From: Candidatus Saccharimonadota bacterium
GTDB lineage: Bacteria > Patescibacteriota > Saccharimonadia > CAILAD01 > BJGX01
Length of the DNA: 64,000 nt
Direction: 5' to 3'
Assembly: GCA_016191105.1 (NCBI GenBank)
Contig: JACPPH010000002.1
Location: 141,931 to 205,930, forward strand
The translations under genes were made by a program, and so were the position numbers. The notes under the pieces are model-generated. The model did no database searches, had not been told where the DNA came from, and saw nothing but the letters and a program-made list of their open reading frames with translations. Shown here piece by piece: positions 38,164-49,860 of the stretch (within the stretch, counting starts at the first letter, position 1; the number at the start of each line of letters is the position of its first letter).

Positions 38164-38511
38164 CTATTTTTGGTATTCAGCTCGTAGTGCTTTTCGAGCT
38201 TCAGATACGTCTTCGAACAGCTCGGTTTTCATGCGCCTAATCTCTTCGGCTACAATTGCCTGGTAGTCGAGTACATGATCGTTCAGGTATTGCCCCACCT
38301 TGGTGTCATCACCTGCATCCATTAACACTACAAGCTCGTTAAGCTCAGTCTCGGTTAAGGCATCTATAATTCGAACCGCCAACCTGTTCTGAACAATCTC
38401 GGCCATAGTATCCAGCAGTTCAGCCTTTTGTTCATCCGAAACAGCTTCGATCCCCAGCTCTTTAAAAAGTACAACCCCAAATTGATCTGTTGGGATTTTT
38501 TGATTGTCCAT
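38164..38511 (-). CDS. Hypothetical small acidic helical protein
   Basis: 115-aa ORF with backbone composition, starting 3 nt after the upstream gene. Confidence 0.55.
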   Translation of the reverse strand: MDNQKIPTDQFGVVLFKELGIEAVSDEQKAELLDTMAEIVQNRLAVRIIDALTETELNELVVLMDAGDDTKVGQYLNDHVLDYQAIVAEEIRRMKTELFEDVSEARKALRAEYQK

Positions 38512-38513
38512 TG

Positions 38514-39893
38514 TTACTTTTTCTCCTTATCTTTCTTATCTTTGCGTCGTTTTTGAATAATAAACTCAGCCAAACCAAAGCCACCGGCCACAGCCGAAGC
38601 ACTTACGGCATTTGGCACCTCGCCGGCCAACGATACGCCCGCAACCGCCGCTGAGCCTATTAAGCCCAACCCTACAGACGTAGCTATCTTATACCGATTA
38701 CCTCTACCCTGTTTGGCCGCCTCTTTACTCTCCGATTCCAGCTCGTAATTTAGGGCCTTGCCTACAATATTTGCAACCTCCCTAGGTTTGTTGTTATAAA
38801 TCCAGTTTTCTATGCCGCCTACCTGAGATGGTTTTATACCGCTACCCCTCGTTCTGGCAAGCTCATTCTCGGCCTTTTGCATGTTTAAAAGCATAAGCTG
38901 AACTTCTTGGGGCAGCTCCTGGCCAGTGGTGGCGTTATTAATAAAGGCCTGAGCCTCAGGGCTTAAGGTCTCTCCAGGGACATTGTTAACCCTATATACA
39001 AATGTGTCGAGTACAGCCTTGCCGGAGGCATTGTTTTCTGACAGTATCTTATTGAGATCTTTCTGGAGGTTCTTTTCTTTGCGGCCCTCTCGAACTGTTT
39101 CCTGTCCTCTATCTATATTGCCCCTGGCAGCCATATATCCTCCTAAGCCAATCATGGCCGGAGCAGGTGCAAAGCCCAACATGGTGGCCCCAACCCCACC
39201 TACCATCAACCCTATACCAAGGCCTACCCTTAGCCCAGGGTGTCGGGCTAGGAATGCTCCCGCTCTACCACCTTTGCGGGCCGCCTTGGCAGCGGTTTCG
39301 GACTTAGCTCTCTCGCAGCGCTCATTTGCAACCATCATCAACAGCTGAACCTGGGTCTCGGGCTTTTCCAAGACTTCTAAATTGTTTCGGTTTACCAGCT
39401 CTTTCATATTTTGTTTCACCTGGTTTTGCAGCTCCTGATTATATTGAGCTTCGGCATCTAAAATGTCCTGCTTACCAAAGCCCAGCCATCTGGCAAAAAC
39501 TGACTTTTGTTTTTCCCTGGCCACAGCAAGGGTATTTCTGGCTTTTTCTAGATCGGTCAGCTTGGGGTCGGTTGCAAACTCTTTATCTCTCTGGGTAGCC
39601 CAATCAAAAACCTTGTTGCCACCACGAAATATACTCTCTGCAGCGTTCTTTACGCCCCTGCCAAGCTCTTTACCGACTGTTTTGGTGGCATCAACTATCT
39701 TGCCAACATCCATCGAGCCCTCGTCGCCCCGTAATCTCGAAGAAGAGGCAGCTTCAGACTCGGCACGCATGTTTTTTAGGTCATCATAGACGTTTGAGCT
39801 GGCGCCAGAGTCACTAGACTTTTCACCAGAATCCTTTGGCCCAAAATTTACGTTATAATTTCCAGGCGAACTGCTGTATGCTTCAGCACTCAT
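38514..39893 (-). CDS. Hypothetical membrane protein (disordered N-terminus, coiled coil, Gly-rich TM segments, Lys-rich tail)
   Basis: 459-aa ORF. Hydrophobic glycine-zipper-like segments GLGIGLMVGGVGATMLGF and VGLGLIGSAAVAGVSLAG. Confidence 0.55.
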   Translation of the reverse strand: MSAEAYSSSPGNYNVNFGPKDSGEKSSDSGASSNVYDDLKNMRAESEAASSSRLRGDEGSMDVGKIVDATKTVGKELGRGVKNAAESIFRGGNKVFDWATQRDKEFATDPKLTDLEKARNTLAVAREKQKSVFARWLGFGKQDILDAEAQYNQELQNQVKQNMKELVNRNNLEVLEKPETQVQLLMMVANERCERAKSETAAKAARKGGRAGAFLARHPGLRVGLGIGLMVGGVGATMLGFAPAPAMIGLGGYMAARGNIDRGQETVREGRKEKNLQKDLNKILSENNASGKAVLDTFVYRVNNVPGETLSPEAQAFINNATTGQELPQEVQLMLLNMQKAENELARTRGSGIKPSQVGGIENWIYNNKPREVANIVGKALNYELESESKEAAKQGRGNRYKIATSVGLGLIGSAAVAGVSLAGEVPNAVSASAVAGGFGLAEFIIQKRRKDKKDKEKK

Positions 39894-39938
39894 AGTTACC
39901 TCTGATTATAGTTTAATTTACAGATCAACGCAAACAGC

Positions 39939-41243
39939 TTATGCTGAGCCTAGCAGTTCTTTGAGCCTTGACTCAATTTGATCTGGCATATAGCTCCTGT
40001 GCCACTTTTTATAGTCGTAATCTGGGCGTGGAAACACAAAACGAGCCAATTCTGGATAGTCGCCGCTATCTTTGGCTATTTGCATGGCCGTGCGTACCTC
40101 GGCGATTTCGCCCACGCACTCTAGCGGCTTAATGCCATCTAAGCCTAACATCTGCTCGAAGGTACCACGTAAATTATTATCGGCAAACAAGTCGCGACCA
40201 TTGAATATCTCCATAAGCTCGGCTTTTTTTAGAAAAGGCGAGAATATAGTGTACACAAAGGCGCATTTAGGGCATTGGCCGCACCAGCTAAGCTTGTCTT
40301 TTTTATCCAAGTAAAAGTTACCATTGCAGCTCGAGAACAAGCCTTTGTATTTATCGAAGTAGTCTCGACAAAAAATCTCGGCAATTCGCAACTCGCTCAA
40401 AGGTCGCAAAACTGAATAAAAGTCCATATTAGCAGCTACATTATCTTTCAGGTATTTGTCCATAATAACCTCAAACATTGAGCTTTTTGAATATTGGTGG
40501 TTTACCGGCAGGTCTTTCCAGGTGGTGTTGGGTTCATCAGTTGAGGATTCAACCGCCCAAACCAAGCTCTTTTTGCCGGTTAAAATAGCCAAAACTGCCC
40601 CCATAAAGCCAATAATGGCCGTGACCGGCACATGACCGTTGTAGGCATCTTGCTCGTTAACCTCTTTTAGCTTGGGGTCGATTTGCCGGTTTATGCCAAA
40701 GCTTGGCTTGCCAATTTTATCTAGCAGGGGCTTAAACCGGTCGTGATGATAAACCACCCAGGTGAAATAATCCTCGCCTAACTTGTCTAACAACTCAGCG
40801 GCAACTATTGAATCCTTACCGCCTCCAACAGCCAGCAGCGAGCCTTTTAAATCTAGGCTTGGAGCCGGGCTGGCATGATCTGAACCCGCTGGAAACTTGG
40901 CAACCACAGCCGGATCAAGCTGGTTGGTATACAAAAACTGGCTTAAGCCATACAGATAAACGTCGTCGAAAAACGCCTTTTGAGCCGAATTAAGTCCACC
41001 TTTTTTAACGACTATCTCGGGTGCAAGATAAGCTTTGTAGTAACTAATGCCGGCCATTATCCACAAGCCAAACAAGACCCGATCGAATGCGGCTTGGTCG
41101 TAGCCTGCTGGATCGAGATTATCCCAGATTATTCGCTCCTCGAACTTAAGCTCGCCATCGAAGCTGTACTTTAAGGTCGCTATGTTAGCTTTGGTATCAA
41201 AGCTGTAATCTTCAAATATAAACTGTTTATACTTTGGCTTCAT
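39939..41243 (-). CDS. murL: PP-loop (GGGKDS) ATP-utilising protein; candidate MurL-type UDP-MurNAc-L-Ala-L-Glu epimerase
   Basis: 434 aa with a 4-nt overlap with murD. PP-loop-like LLAVGGGKDSIVAAELL and a CGQCPKC cluster. The gene order matches the published MurD2-MurL pair. Assigned by context and motif only. Confidence 0.45.
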   Translation of the reverse strand: MKPKYKQFIFEDYSFDTKANIATLKYSFDGELKFEERIIWDNLDPAGYDQAAFDRVLFGLWIMAGISYYKAYLAPEIVVKKGGLNSAQKAFFDDVYLYGLSQFLYTNQLDPAVVAKFPAGSDHASPAPSLDLKGSLLAVGGGKDSIVAAELLDKLGEDYFTWVVYHHDRFKPLLDKIGKPSFGINRQIDPKLKEVNEQDAYNGHVPVTAIIGFMGAVLAILTGKKSLVWAVESSTDEPNTTWKDLPVNHQYSKSSMFEVIMDKYLKDNVAANMDFYSVLRPLSELRIAEIFCRDYFDKYKGLFSSCNGNFYLDKKDKLSWCGQCPKCAFVYTIFSPFLKKAELMEIFNGRDLFADNNLRGTFEQMLGLDGIKPLECVGEIAEVRTAMQIAKDSGDYPELARFVFPRPDYDYKKWHRSYMPDQIESRLKELLGSA

Positions 41244-42565
41244 TTTAACTTTCTCACTGCTTCTATAAACTGATCGCCGCGGTCTTCGTAATTAGCAAAC
41301 ATATCAAAACTCTTGGCGCCAGGTGACAGCAACACGGCATCGCCGGCTTGAGACGACTTTGCGGACATCGTTACGGCTTCTGACATGTTTTGGGCCTTGG
41401 CATACTCAACCTTTCCGCCTAGTTGAGCGGCAAGACTATTGGTAGTGCTACCAATCAATATTATTTTTTTAACCTTATTATCTATAAGTTGTGACACTAA
41501 TTGGCTGTAGTCCTGATTGTCGTCTTGGCCGCCCAAAATTAATACTTTTGGCTTGCTAATAGCCTCTGTCGCCACCCTGGCGGCAGTTGGGTCTTTAGAT
41601 ATTGAGTCGTCAACATATTCGACACCGCCAATCTCACTAATAGTTTGTAACCTGTGTGGCAAGCCCCCAAATTCAGACAGCACCTTAGAGTAAACAGTCT
41701 GGCCATCCACCAGATCAAATACGGCTGCACAAGCAGCACAGACATTATCTAACACATGGGCTCCGCGCATTTTAACATCGGTGGTCTTGGCAACTTGGTG
41801 TTCACCAACCAAGATCCGACCATCTTCCACCCTCGCCGCAGCTGGGTCGGTAGAACCTCTATCAAACGGGATTTTTGTTTTAGCCTGCGAGGCTTCGGCG
41901 GCTTGCTTCACCTTCTCGTCGCCAGCATAGAAGACCGCTACATCATCGGGCTTTTGGTAGCAAAATATATTAGCCTTAGCCTGCATATAGCCTTCAACAC
42001 TAGGATGTATATCTAAGTGATCTGGCTCAATCATTAAGTGTACAGCTATGTGCGGACTTTGCTTGATGTCGGCTAATTGAAAACTAGACAGCTCAAAGAC
42101 CACCCAATCTTTGGCGCTAACTTGCCCTAAGCTTTCCAGTGGAGCATCACCGATATTGCCAATCAGATGAGCTGTTTTGCCATCGGCTTTTAAAAATTCT
42201 GCTATCAACGAACTTGTGGTGCTCTTACCTTTAGTGCCGGTAACGCCAATTATGGGAGCTGGGCACTTAGTAAAAAATTCTATGGTGTTCGAGGTGATGG
42301 GCGCCGTGGTTTTAATGCGATGTGGCAGAATATCGGCTGTGCGCACCACTAGATCGAAGTTGTCGAGCAAGCCTGCAAAATCGGTGTTGCGCAGGACCTC
42401 CTGTAACTCCACATTGGCTGGAAGATTGCGAATCGGTGAGTTTTGGGCTGCTTGGGGGTTTTTGTAGTAAAACACCGTGCAATCTGAGCCTTGATTGCGA
42501 AAATAATCTAAGGCCGCGCGACCCTCACGGTTGTAGCCTAGTATTGCAACTCTTTGGTTAGACAT
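41240..42565 (-). CDS. murD: UDP-N-acetylmuramoyl-L-alanine--glutamate ligase (MurD family; possibly the L-Glu-adding MurD2 type)
   Basis: 441 aa. Mur ligase P-loop GVTGTKGKSTT with central and C-terminal Mur ligase domains. Confidence 0.85.
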   Translation of the reverse strand: MSNQRVAILGYNREGRAALDYFRNQGSDCTVFYYKNPQAAQNSPIRNLPANVELQEVLRNTDFAGLLDNFDLVVRTADILPHRIKTTAPITSNTIEFFTKCPAPIIGVTGTKGKSTTSSLIAEFLKADGKTAHLIGNIGDAPLESLGQVSAKDWVVFELSSFQLADIKQSPHIAVHLMIEPDHLDIHPSVEGYMQAKANIFCYQKPDDVAVFYAGDEKVKQAAEASQAKTKIPFDRGSTDPAAARVEDGRILVGEHQVAKTTDVKMRGAHVLDNVCAACAAVFDLVDGQTVYSKVLSEFGGLPHRLQTISEIGGVEYVDDSISKDPTAARVATEAISKPKVLILGGQDDNQDYSQLVSQLIDNKVKKIILIGSTTNSLAAQLGGKVEYAKAQNMSEAVTMSAKSSQAGDAVLLSPGAKSFDMFANYEDRGDQFIEAVRKLK

Positions 42566-42579
42566 AACTACATTATAAC

Positions 42580-43236
42580 TTATTGAATTGCCATTAGCTG
42601 GACATCGAATACTAACGTAGCATTTGGTGGAATAGCGGGCGGATAACCTCTCTCGCCATAGGCTAGACTAGCCGGAACCGTAAGCCGGCGCACCACCCCC
42701 ACCTTCATGTCTTGCAGACCAATGTCCCAGCCCTGGATAACTTGGCCAGCACCCAATTTGAAAGCGAATGGCTTTTTTTCGCCTTTTAGGCTAGTGTCGA
42801 ACACATTGCCGTCAGTAAAGTAGCCTATGTAATGCACAGCCACGGTATCACCAACCTTGGTTTTACGATCACCCTGACCAGAATTATACTCTTCGATTTT
42901 CAAGCCATTACTAAGTGTTTGGCTGCGAACCGGCTGCGACTGTTGAGATGACGATGACGATTGCTGTCCAGTCGAACCCTGTTGCGAGTTAGGAGCAGTT
43001 TGCGGCTGGGTGGCAGGTGCTTGCAAAGTTTGCTGGCCCAAGTTGCCATCGAGCCCTGGCAAAGCAATACCGTTGCCATTGTAGTTAGACTCACTGCTTA
43101 CTATAACCGGCTGGCTGGCTTGATCGTATTTATAAAACAAGTAGCCCACGGCGGCCATCAGCAATAGTAAAACAACCACAGGAACTAGCCATAGCCATTT
43201 TCTCTCAAAACGTCTTTTTTTAGAGCCAAATTCCAT
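42580..43236 (-). CDS. Membrane-anchored FKBP-type peptidyl-prolyl cis-trans isomerase
   Basis: 218 aa. N-terminal TM, Gln/Ser-rich linker, FKBP core GDTVAVHYIGYFTDGNVFDTS...GQVIQGWD...LVFDVQL. Confidence 0.85.
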   Translation of the reverse strand: MEFGSKKRRFERKWLWLVPVVVLLLLMAAVGYLFYKYDQASQPVIVSSESNYNGNGIALPGLDGNLGQQTLQAPATQPQTAPNSQQGSTGQQSSSSSQQSQPVRSQTLSNGLKIEEYNSGQGDRKTKVGDTVAVHYIGYFTDGNVFDTSLKGEKKPFAFKLGAGQVIQGWDIGLQDMKVGVVRRLTVPASLAYGERGYPPAIPPNATLVFDVQLMAIQ

Positions 43237-43241
43237 TTTGC

Positions 43242-45833
<2,592 letters not shown>

Positions 45834-45892
45834 AAACTGCTAAATTAACCTAGTTATTATACCAGATAACAACAGATAGGTCGAGGCCGTGA

Positions 45893-46249
45893 CTACTTTT
45901 GCCGTAGTTTGCCTAGAGCATCTTTAATACGTAGCCGTTTAGGGACACTCTTGTCTTTGTAGCGACGGATTTGATCTTTGAGCTTGGCCTCAACAATATC
46001 GACTGCCGAATGCGGATTAATGGTAGCGGTTTCGGCCACCAAGTCAGGACCCGGCACCTCTAAAACTGCCGTGACTTTGTAGCGATTATCCTCGCGGCCC
46101 GAAGGATCGCGAAACACCTCCACGCGCATAGCCACAGCCTGGTGAGCTCGCGGCATGTATTTATCGAGCTTGCCAAGCTTGGTTTCTACGTATTTACGAA
46201 GGTTTTTGTCGATCTCGTACTGGCGCCCGCTAAGCTGTATTTTGATCAT
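45893..46249 (-). CDS. hpf: Ribosome hibernation-promoting factor / RaiA family (short form)
   Basis: 118 aa. IQLSGRQYEIDKNLRKYVETKLGKLDKY is the typical family start. Confidence 0.85.
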   Translation of the reverse strand: MIKIQLSGRQYEIDKNLRKYVETKLGKLDKYMPRAHQAVAMRVEVFRDPSGREDNRYKVTAVLEVPGPDLVAETATINPHSAVDIVEAKLKDQIRRYKDKSVPKRLRIKDALGKLRQK

Positions 46250-46258
46250 AACACCTCC

Positions 46259-47554
46259 TTATAACTTATCGGCTCCGTAGTATTTTTGCAGAACCCTAGG
46301 AATCGCTACCGAGCCATCTGCTTGCTGATAGTTCTCCATGATTGCAATCATGGTTCGACCCATTGCGAAAGCCGTGGCATCGTTGGTATGAGCAAAGCTA
46401 ATATTTCCTTCACCGTCTTTTAATCGTAGGTTAAGACGTCGTGCCTGATAATCGGTCATATAATCAGCTGAATGGGTTTCACGATACTTATTTTGCGACG
46501 GAATCCAGGCCTCAATATCAACGCCGCGGAAATTAGGGTCGCCCATGTCGCCAGTACATTTAAGTAGCACATGGTACGGAATTTCTAGCTCCTGCATTAA
46601 ATATTCCTGCACCGCAACCATAAATTTATGTTCATTCATACCGTCTTTTGAACCTGTAAAGCTCTCCATTTCTAGCTTGTCGAAGTGATGCATGCGCAAA
46701 ATACCGTGCAAATCCTTACCGTAGCTGCCGGCTTCGCGACGAAAACTCGTAGAGTAGCCCAAAAAGCGCAATGGTAAGTCCTTGTTATCTAAAATTTCAT
46801 CCTGATACATAGCTACCATGCTGTGCTCGGCGCTGCCTATGAGCCACAAGTCATCATCGGCTAACTTATAAGTAACTTCTTCGGCCTTTAGGCGCGCAGT
46901 GGCGGCATAGCTATCCGTTCGCAACATTACGGGTGGCAGCATTAGCTGAAATGGCCTAGTTGAGACACATAGTTTGGACTGATCAGTTATTTTTTTGATC
47001 TGATCTTCGCTAGTTAATACATCAATTGTCCAGTTTATAATTGCAAATTGCAGCTTAACCAAACCGTTCATTAGATAGGCAAAACGCGCACCTGAAACTT
47101 TAGCCGCCCTTTTTAAATCAATCGTTCCATGAGCCTCTCCAAGCGTTACGTGATCTTTTGCTTTAAATTCAAATTTTGGCCGTTCGCCCCACTTCGAAAT
47201 CTCAACATTCTCTGACTCATCTTTGCCAACAGGTGTGTCTTGAGATGCAATATTAGGAACAGCGTAGAGCAACTTTAGATAATCAGCATTTACCTGGTTA
47301 TAAGATTTATCTAGACAGTCTGCTTTGACTTTTAGATCTTTGCCTTTTTGCACTAAATCCTCAGTCGGCTTGCCACCTTTCGACTCTCTGGCCAGGGAGT
47401 TTCGCTCAGATTGTACACTTTCCAGCCGTTGAAGCTCATCACGTCTCTGGTTATCAAGTTCAAGTAGCTTGTCGATATCAACTTTTGCGTTCTTATTCTT
47501 AGCCGCATTCCTAACCTCATCGGTGTGCTCGCGGATGTACTTTATATCTAACAT
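46259..47554 (-). CDS. serS: Seryl-tRNA synthetase
   Basis: 431 aa. MLDIKYIREHTDEV N-terminal coiled-coil arm and class II core motifs (FRREAGS, GRTMIAIMENYQ). Confidence 0.95.
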   Translation of the reverse strand: MLDIKYIREHTDEVRNAAKNKNAKVDIDKLLELDNQRRDELQRLESVQSERNSLARESKGGKPTEDLVQKGKDLKVKADCLDKSYNQVNADYLKLLYAVPNIASQDTPVGKDESENVEISKWGERPKFEFKAKDHVTLGEAHGTIDLKRAAKVSGARFAYLMNGLVKLQFAIINWTIDVLTSEDQIKKITDQSKLCVSTRPFQLMLPPVMLRTDSYAATARLKAEEVTYKLADDDLWLIGSAEHSMVAMYQDEILDNKDLPLRFLGYSTSFRREAGSYGKDLHGILRMHHFDKLEMESFTGSKDGMNEHKFMVAVQEYLMQELEIPYHVLLKCTGDMGDPNFRGVDIEAWIPSQNKYRETHSADYMTDYQARRLNLRLKDGEGNISFAHTNDATAFAMGRTMIAIMENYQQADGSVAIPRVLQKYYGADKL

Positions 47555-47594
47555 ATTAGGCTCATTATAGCCGATTTTGATCTAGTCAGAAAGC

Positions 47595-49166
47595 TTAAGC
47601 TTTGCGAGCCAATCTATCTAAAACAAATTGTTTATCGAGGCTAGCCAAGAAATAGCCGGCTTTGGGGCCCGAATCTTTGGCGATAAACAGCTGGTATATG
47701 AGCTTAAAAGCATCGCCAGGCTTTAAATCGCAGGCCACGGAAGTTTCGTAAATAGCCGTATGAATAGCCTCGGGCTCGAAGCTGCCACCCGACAGTTCTT
47801 CGGCTAGCTTGTTTAAAAATTTCTCTTGCTCAGATCTGAGCTCAAGTTTTGGTAACTTCTGCTGAATCTCAAATTTAACAGTCTCTGGGGCGAACTTTTT
47901 GAGCCAGCGCCTAATATACTCGCATTCTCGCAAAATCGAGTCCTTTTGGGTTTTAACGGCTTCTTGGTGCCCCGTGCGATTAAGTAGCTCGAGTATCTCT
48001 TCGTCCTCTCCCTGAGCGGTTTGATAGACGGTTACTAAATGGCTAAATGGCACCGTGCTCACCACATGCTCATCGCCCTGCAAACTAGCAATTTGCCAAG
48101 ATCGTTTGAATTCTGGCTCTTCGCCAGCCAGCGTTTCGGATTCGGTCTTAGCATATTCATCCACTAGGTTATATAAGCCTATACCTGGGTCAAAGAATAG
48201 TTGTCGTTCGGGTCGACTTTTGAAGGTAAAGTAGCGCAGAATTTCGGGTGGGATTATCTGCAAAGTATCGGTAATACTAACCAGGTTGCCGATTGAACTC
48301 GACATCTTCTTGGTCTCGCCTTTTAGGTTAATTGTTTCGTAGGGCACGGGATATGGTGCCGGTGAACCAAAAACCTCTTCCATAATTGCTTTGCCGGTGT
48401 CGTAGCTGCCACCTTTGGTGGCGTGTTCACGCCCAAAACCTTCGAGCTGGTTGCCCCAAATCTTCCACCAGGCCGGCCAGTGCACCCGCCAATCGAGCTT
48501 AACTTGGCCTTTGGCAATATTGGCTTGATGCTCTTTGCCATCGGTGCCCAGATAGTTAACCAAACCTGTTTGAGAGTTAAAGCCGACAAACTTAGCCGTG
48601 CGCAAGCTATTGCTGGTTTCATCAAGTACCTGAATTGGCTGCCAGCCGTCTTCAACCGCTCGACCACCAACTCGATGTAAAATTTCGGCAATCTGATCGC
48701 GCTTTTGTAAACTTAAACTAATTAACTCAGCAAAAGCACCTTTTTGATACTCTTGGTGGATGCGCACAACCTCCATCTCAATTCCAAGTTTTTTGGTAGC
48801 GTTTAAGTATTCATTGAAGTACTGATCGGCGTAACTCTTGGATTTACCATCTGGAGCAGGCACCAAGTAGAGTGGTTTGCCGGCTTCACTCTCGTAGCTT
48901 TCTGGCAAATATGGATAACGTTTGCGCAAAGCATCAAAATCATCGACGAAATGAACATGGCGGATAACACGGCCGTGTTCCCTTAAGCCGCGCAAAATCG
49001 CGTCTGGCACCAGAACCTCGCGCGAATGCCCTAGATGGTACGGCCCAGACGGCGTAATGCCACTGCACACCAAAAGCTCACCCTCCGGATACAGTTTTTG
49101 TATGTGACCGCAAATAAGATCGACCCAGTAGCCCGAAGCCGCAGCTTGATCCGATGTGTTACTCAT
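47595..49166 (-). CDS. lysK: Lysyl-tRNA synthetase, class I (archaeal type)
   Basis: 523 aa. SGITPSGPYHLGHSREV (HIGH-type), FVDDFDALRK, KMSSSIGN (KMSKS-type). Confidence 0.85.
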   Translation of the reverse strand: MSNTSDQAAASGYWVDLICGHIQKLYPEGELLVCSGITPSGPYHLGHSREVLVPDAILRGLREHGRVIRHVHFVDDFDALRKRYPYLPESYESEAGKPLYLVPAPDGKSKSYADQYFNEYLNATKKLGIEMEVVRIHQEYQKGAFAELISLSLQKRDQIAEILHRVGGRAVEDGWQPIQVLDETSNSLRTAKFVGFNSQTGLVNYLGTDGKEHQANIAKGQVKLDWRVHWPAWWKIWGNQLEGFGREHATKGGSYDTGKAIMEEVFGSPAPYPVPYETINLKGETKKMSSSIGNLVSITDTLQIIPPEILRYFTFKSRPERQLFFDPGIGLYNLVDEYAKTESETLAGEEPEFKRSWQIASLQGDEHVVSTVPFSHLVTVYQTAQGEDEEILELLNRTGHQEAVKTQKDSILRECEYIRRWLKKFAPETVKFEIQQKLPKLELRSEQEKFLNKLAEELSGGSFEPEAIHTAIYETSVACDLKPGDAFKLIYQLFIAKDSGPKAGYFLASLDKQFVLDRLARKA

Positions 49167-49207
49167 AAATTTAGTATACGAGATTTAGCTTGATCGCAAC
49201 AGTGTAA

Positions 49208-49672
49208 CTAATTGACGCTTACAATTTTGTAAGTAATAGTACCGGCCGGGATTTCAACATCGACTTCTTCACCAACTTTACAGCCGATTAAAGCCTTGCC
49301 AATTGGGCTAACATCAGAGATCTTACCTTTGTCTGGGTTGGCTTCGGTGCTACCTACAATCTTAAATATCTGATCACCATCAGCCAGCAAAACTTTTACA
49401 GTTGAGCCAACAGCCACCACATCGGTTTTTTGATTCTTAATGACTTTAGAATGCTTTAGAATATTCTCAATTTCGGCAATCCTGCCCTCTATGAACACCT
49501 GTCGAGCCTTGGCATCATCCCAATCGGTATTTTCACTAAGATCACCAAACTCCTTAGCTTCTTTGAGTGCCCTAGCAACTTCTTTACGCTTATTTTTTGT
49601 GAGGTCAGCTAGCTCGGTCTTGAGCTCTTCAATGCCCTCCGACGTTAAATAAAAATCTTGCTTCTTTGCCAT
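49208..49672 (-). CDS. greA: Transcription elongation factor GreA
   Basis: 154 aa. N-terminal coiled coil (LTSEGIEELKTELADL) and a C-terminal FKBP-like domain (VSPIGKALIG). Confidence 0.9.
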   Translation of the reverse strand: MAKKQDFYLTSEGIEELKTELADLTKNKRKEVARALKEAKEFGDLSENTDWDDAKARQVFIEGRIAEIENILKHSKVIKNQKTDVVAVGSTVKVLLADGDQIFKIVGSTEANPDKGKISDVSPIGKALIGCKVGEEVDVEIPAGTITYKIVSVN

Positions 49673-49723
49673 TCCCGCAGATTACCTCGCTTTCAGAAAC
49701 ACTTGGTTACTACCAAGCAAAAC

Positions 49724-49744
49724 GACCATGTTTTTTGCATGGTC
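49724..49744 (-). terminator. Candidate rho-independent terminator downstream of PBP2
   Basis: GACCATG / CATGGTC stem with a 7-nt loop. The minus strand continues GTTTTGCTT. Confidence 0.4.
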
Positions 49745-49860
49745 TAAGTTAAGCAATTTTACAACTGAGATTTACATCTCACCCTCAACACATGCGGTGT
49801 TTGTTTTCGAGTTTAAACCTGTAAGCCCAGCCTGTCAAGCTATTTGTTGCTTTTACCGCT

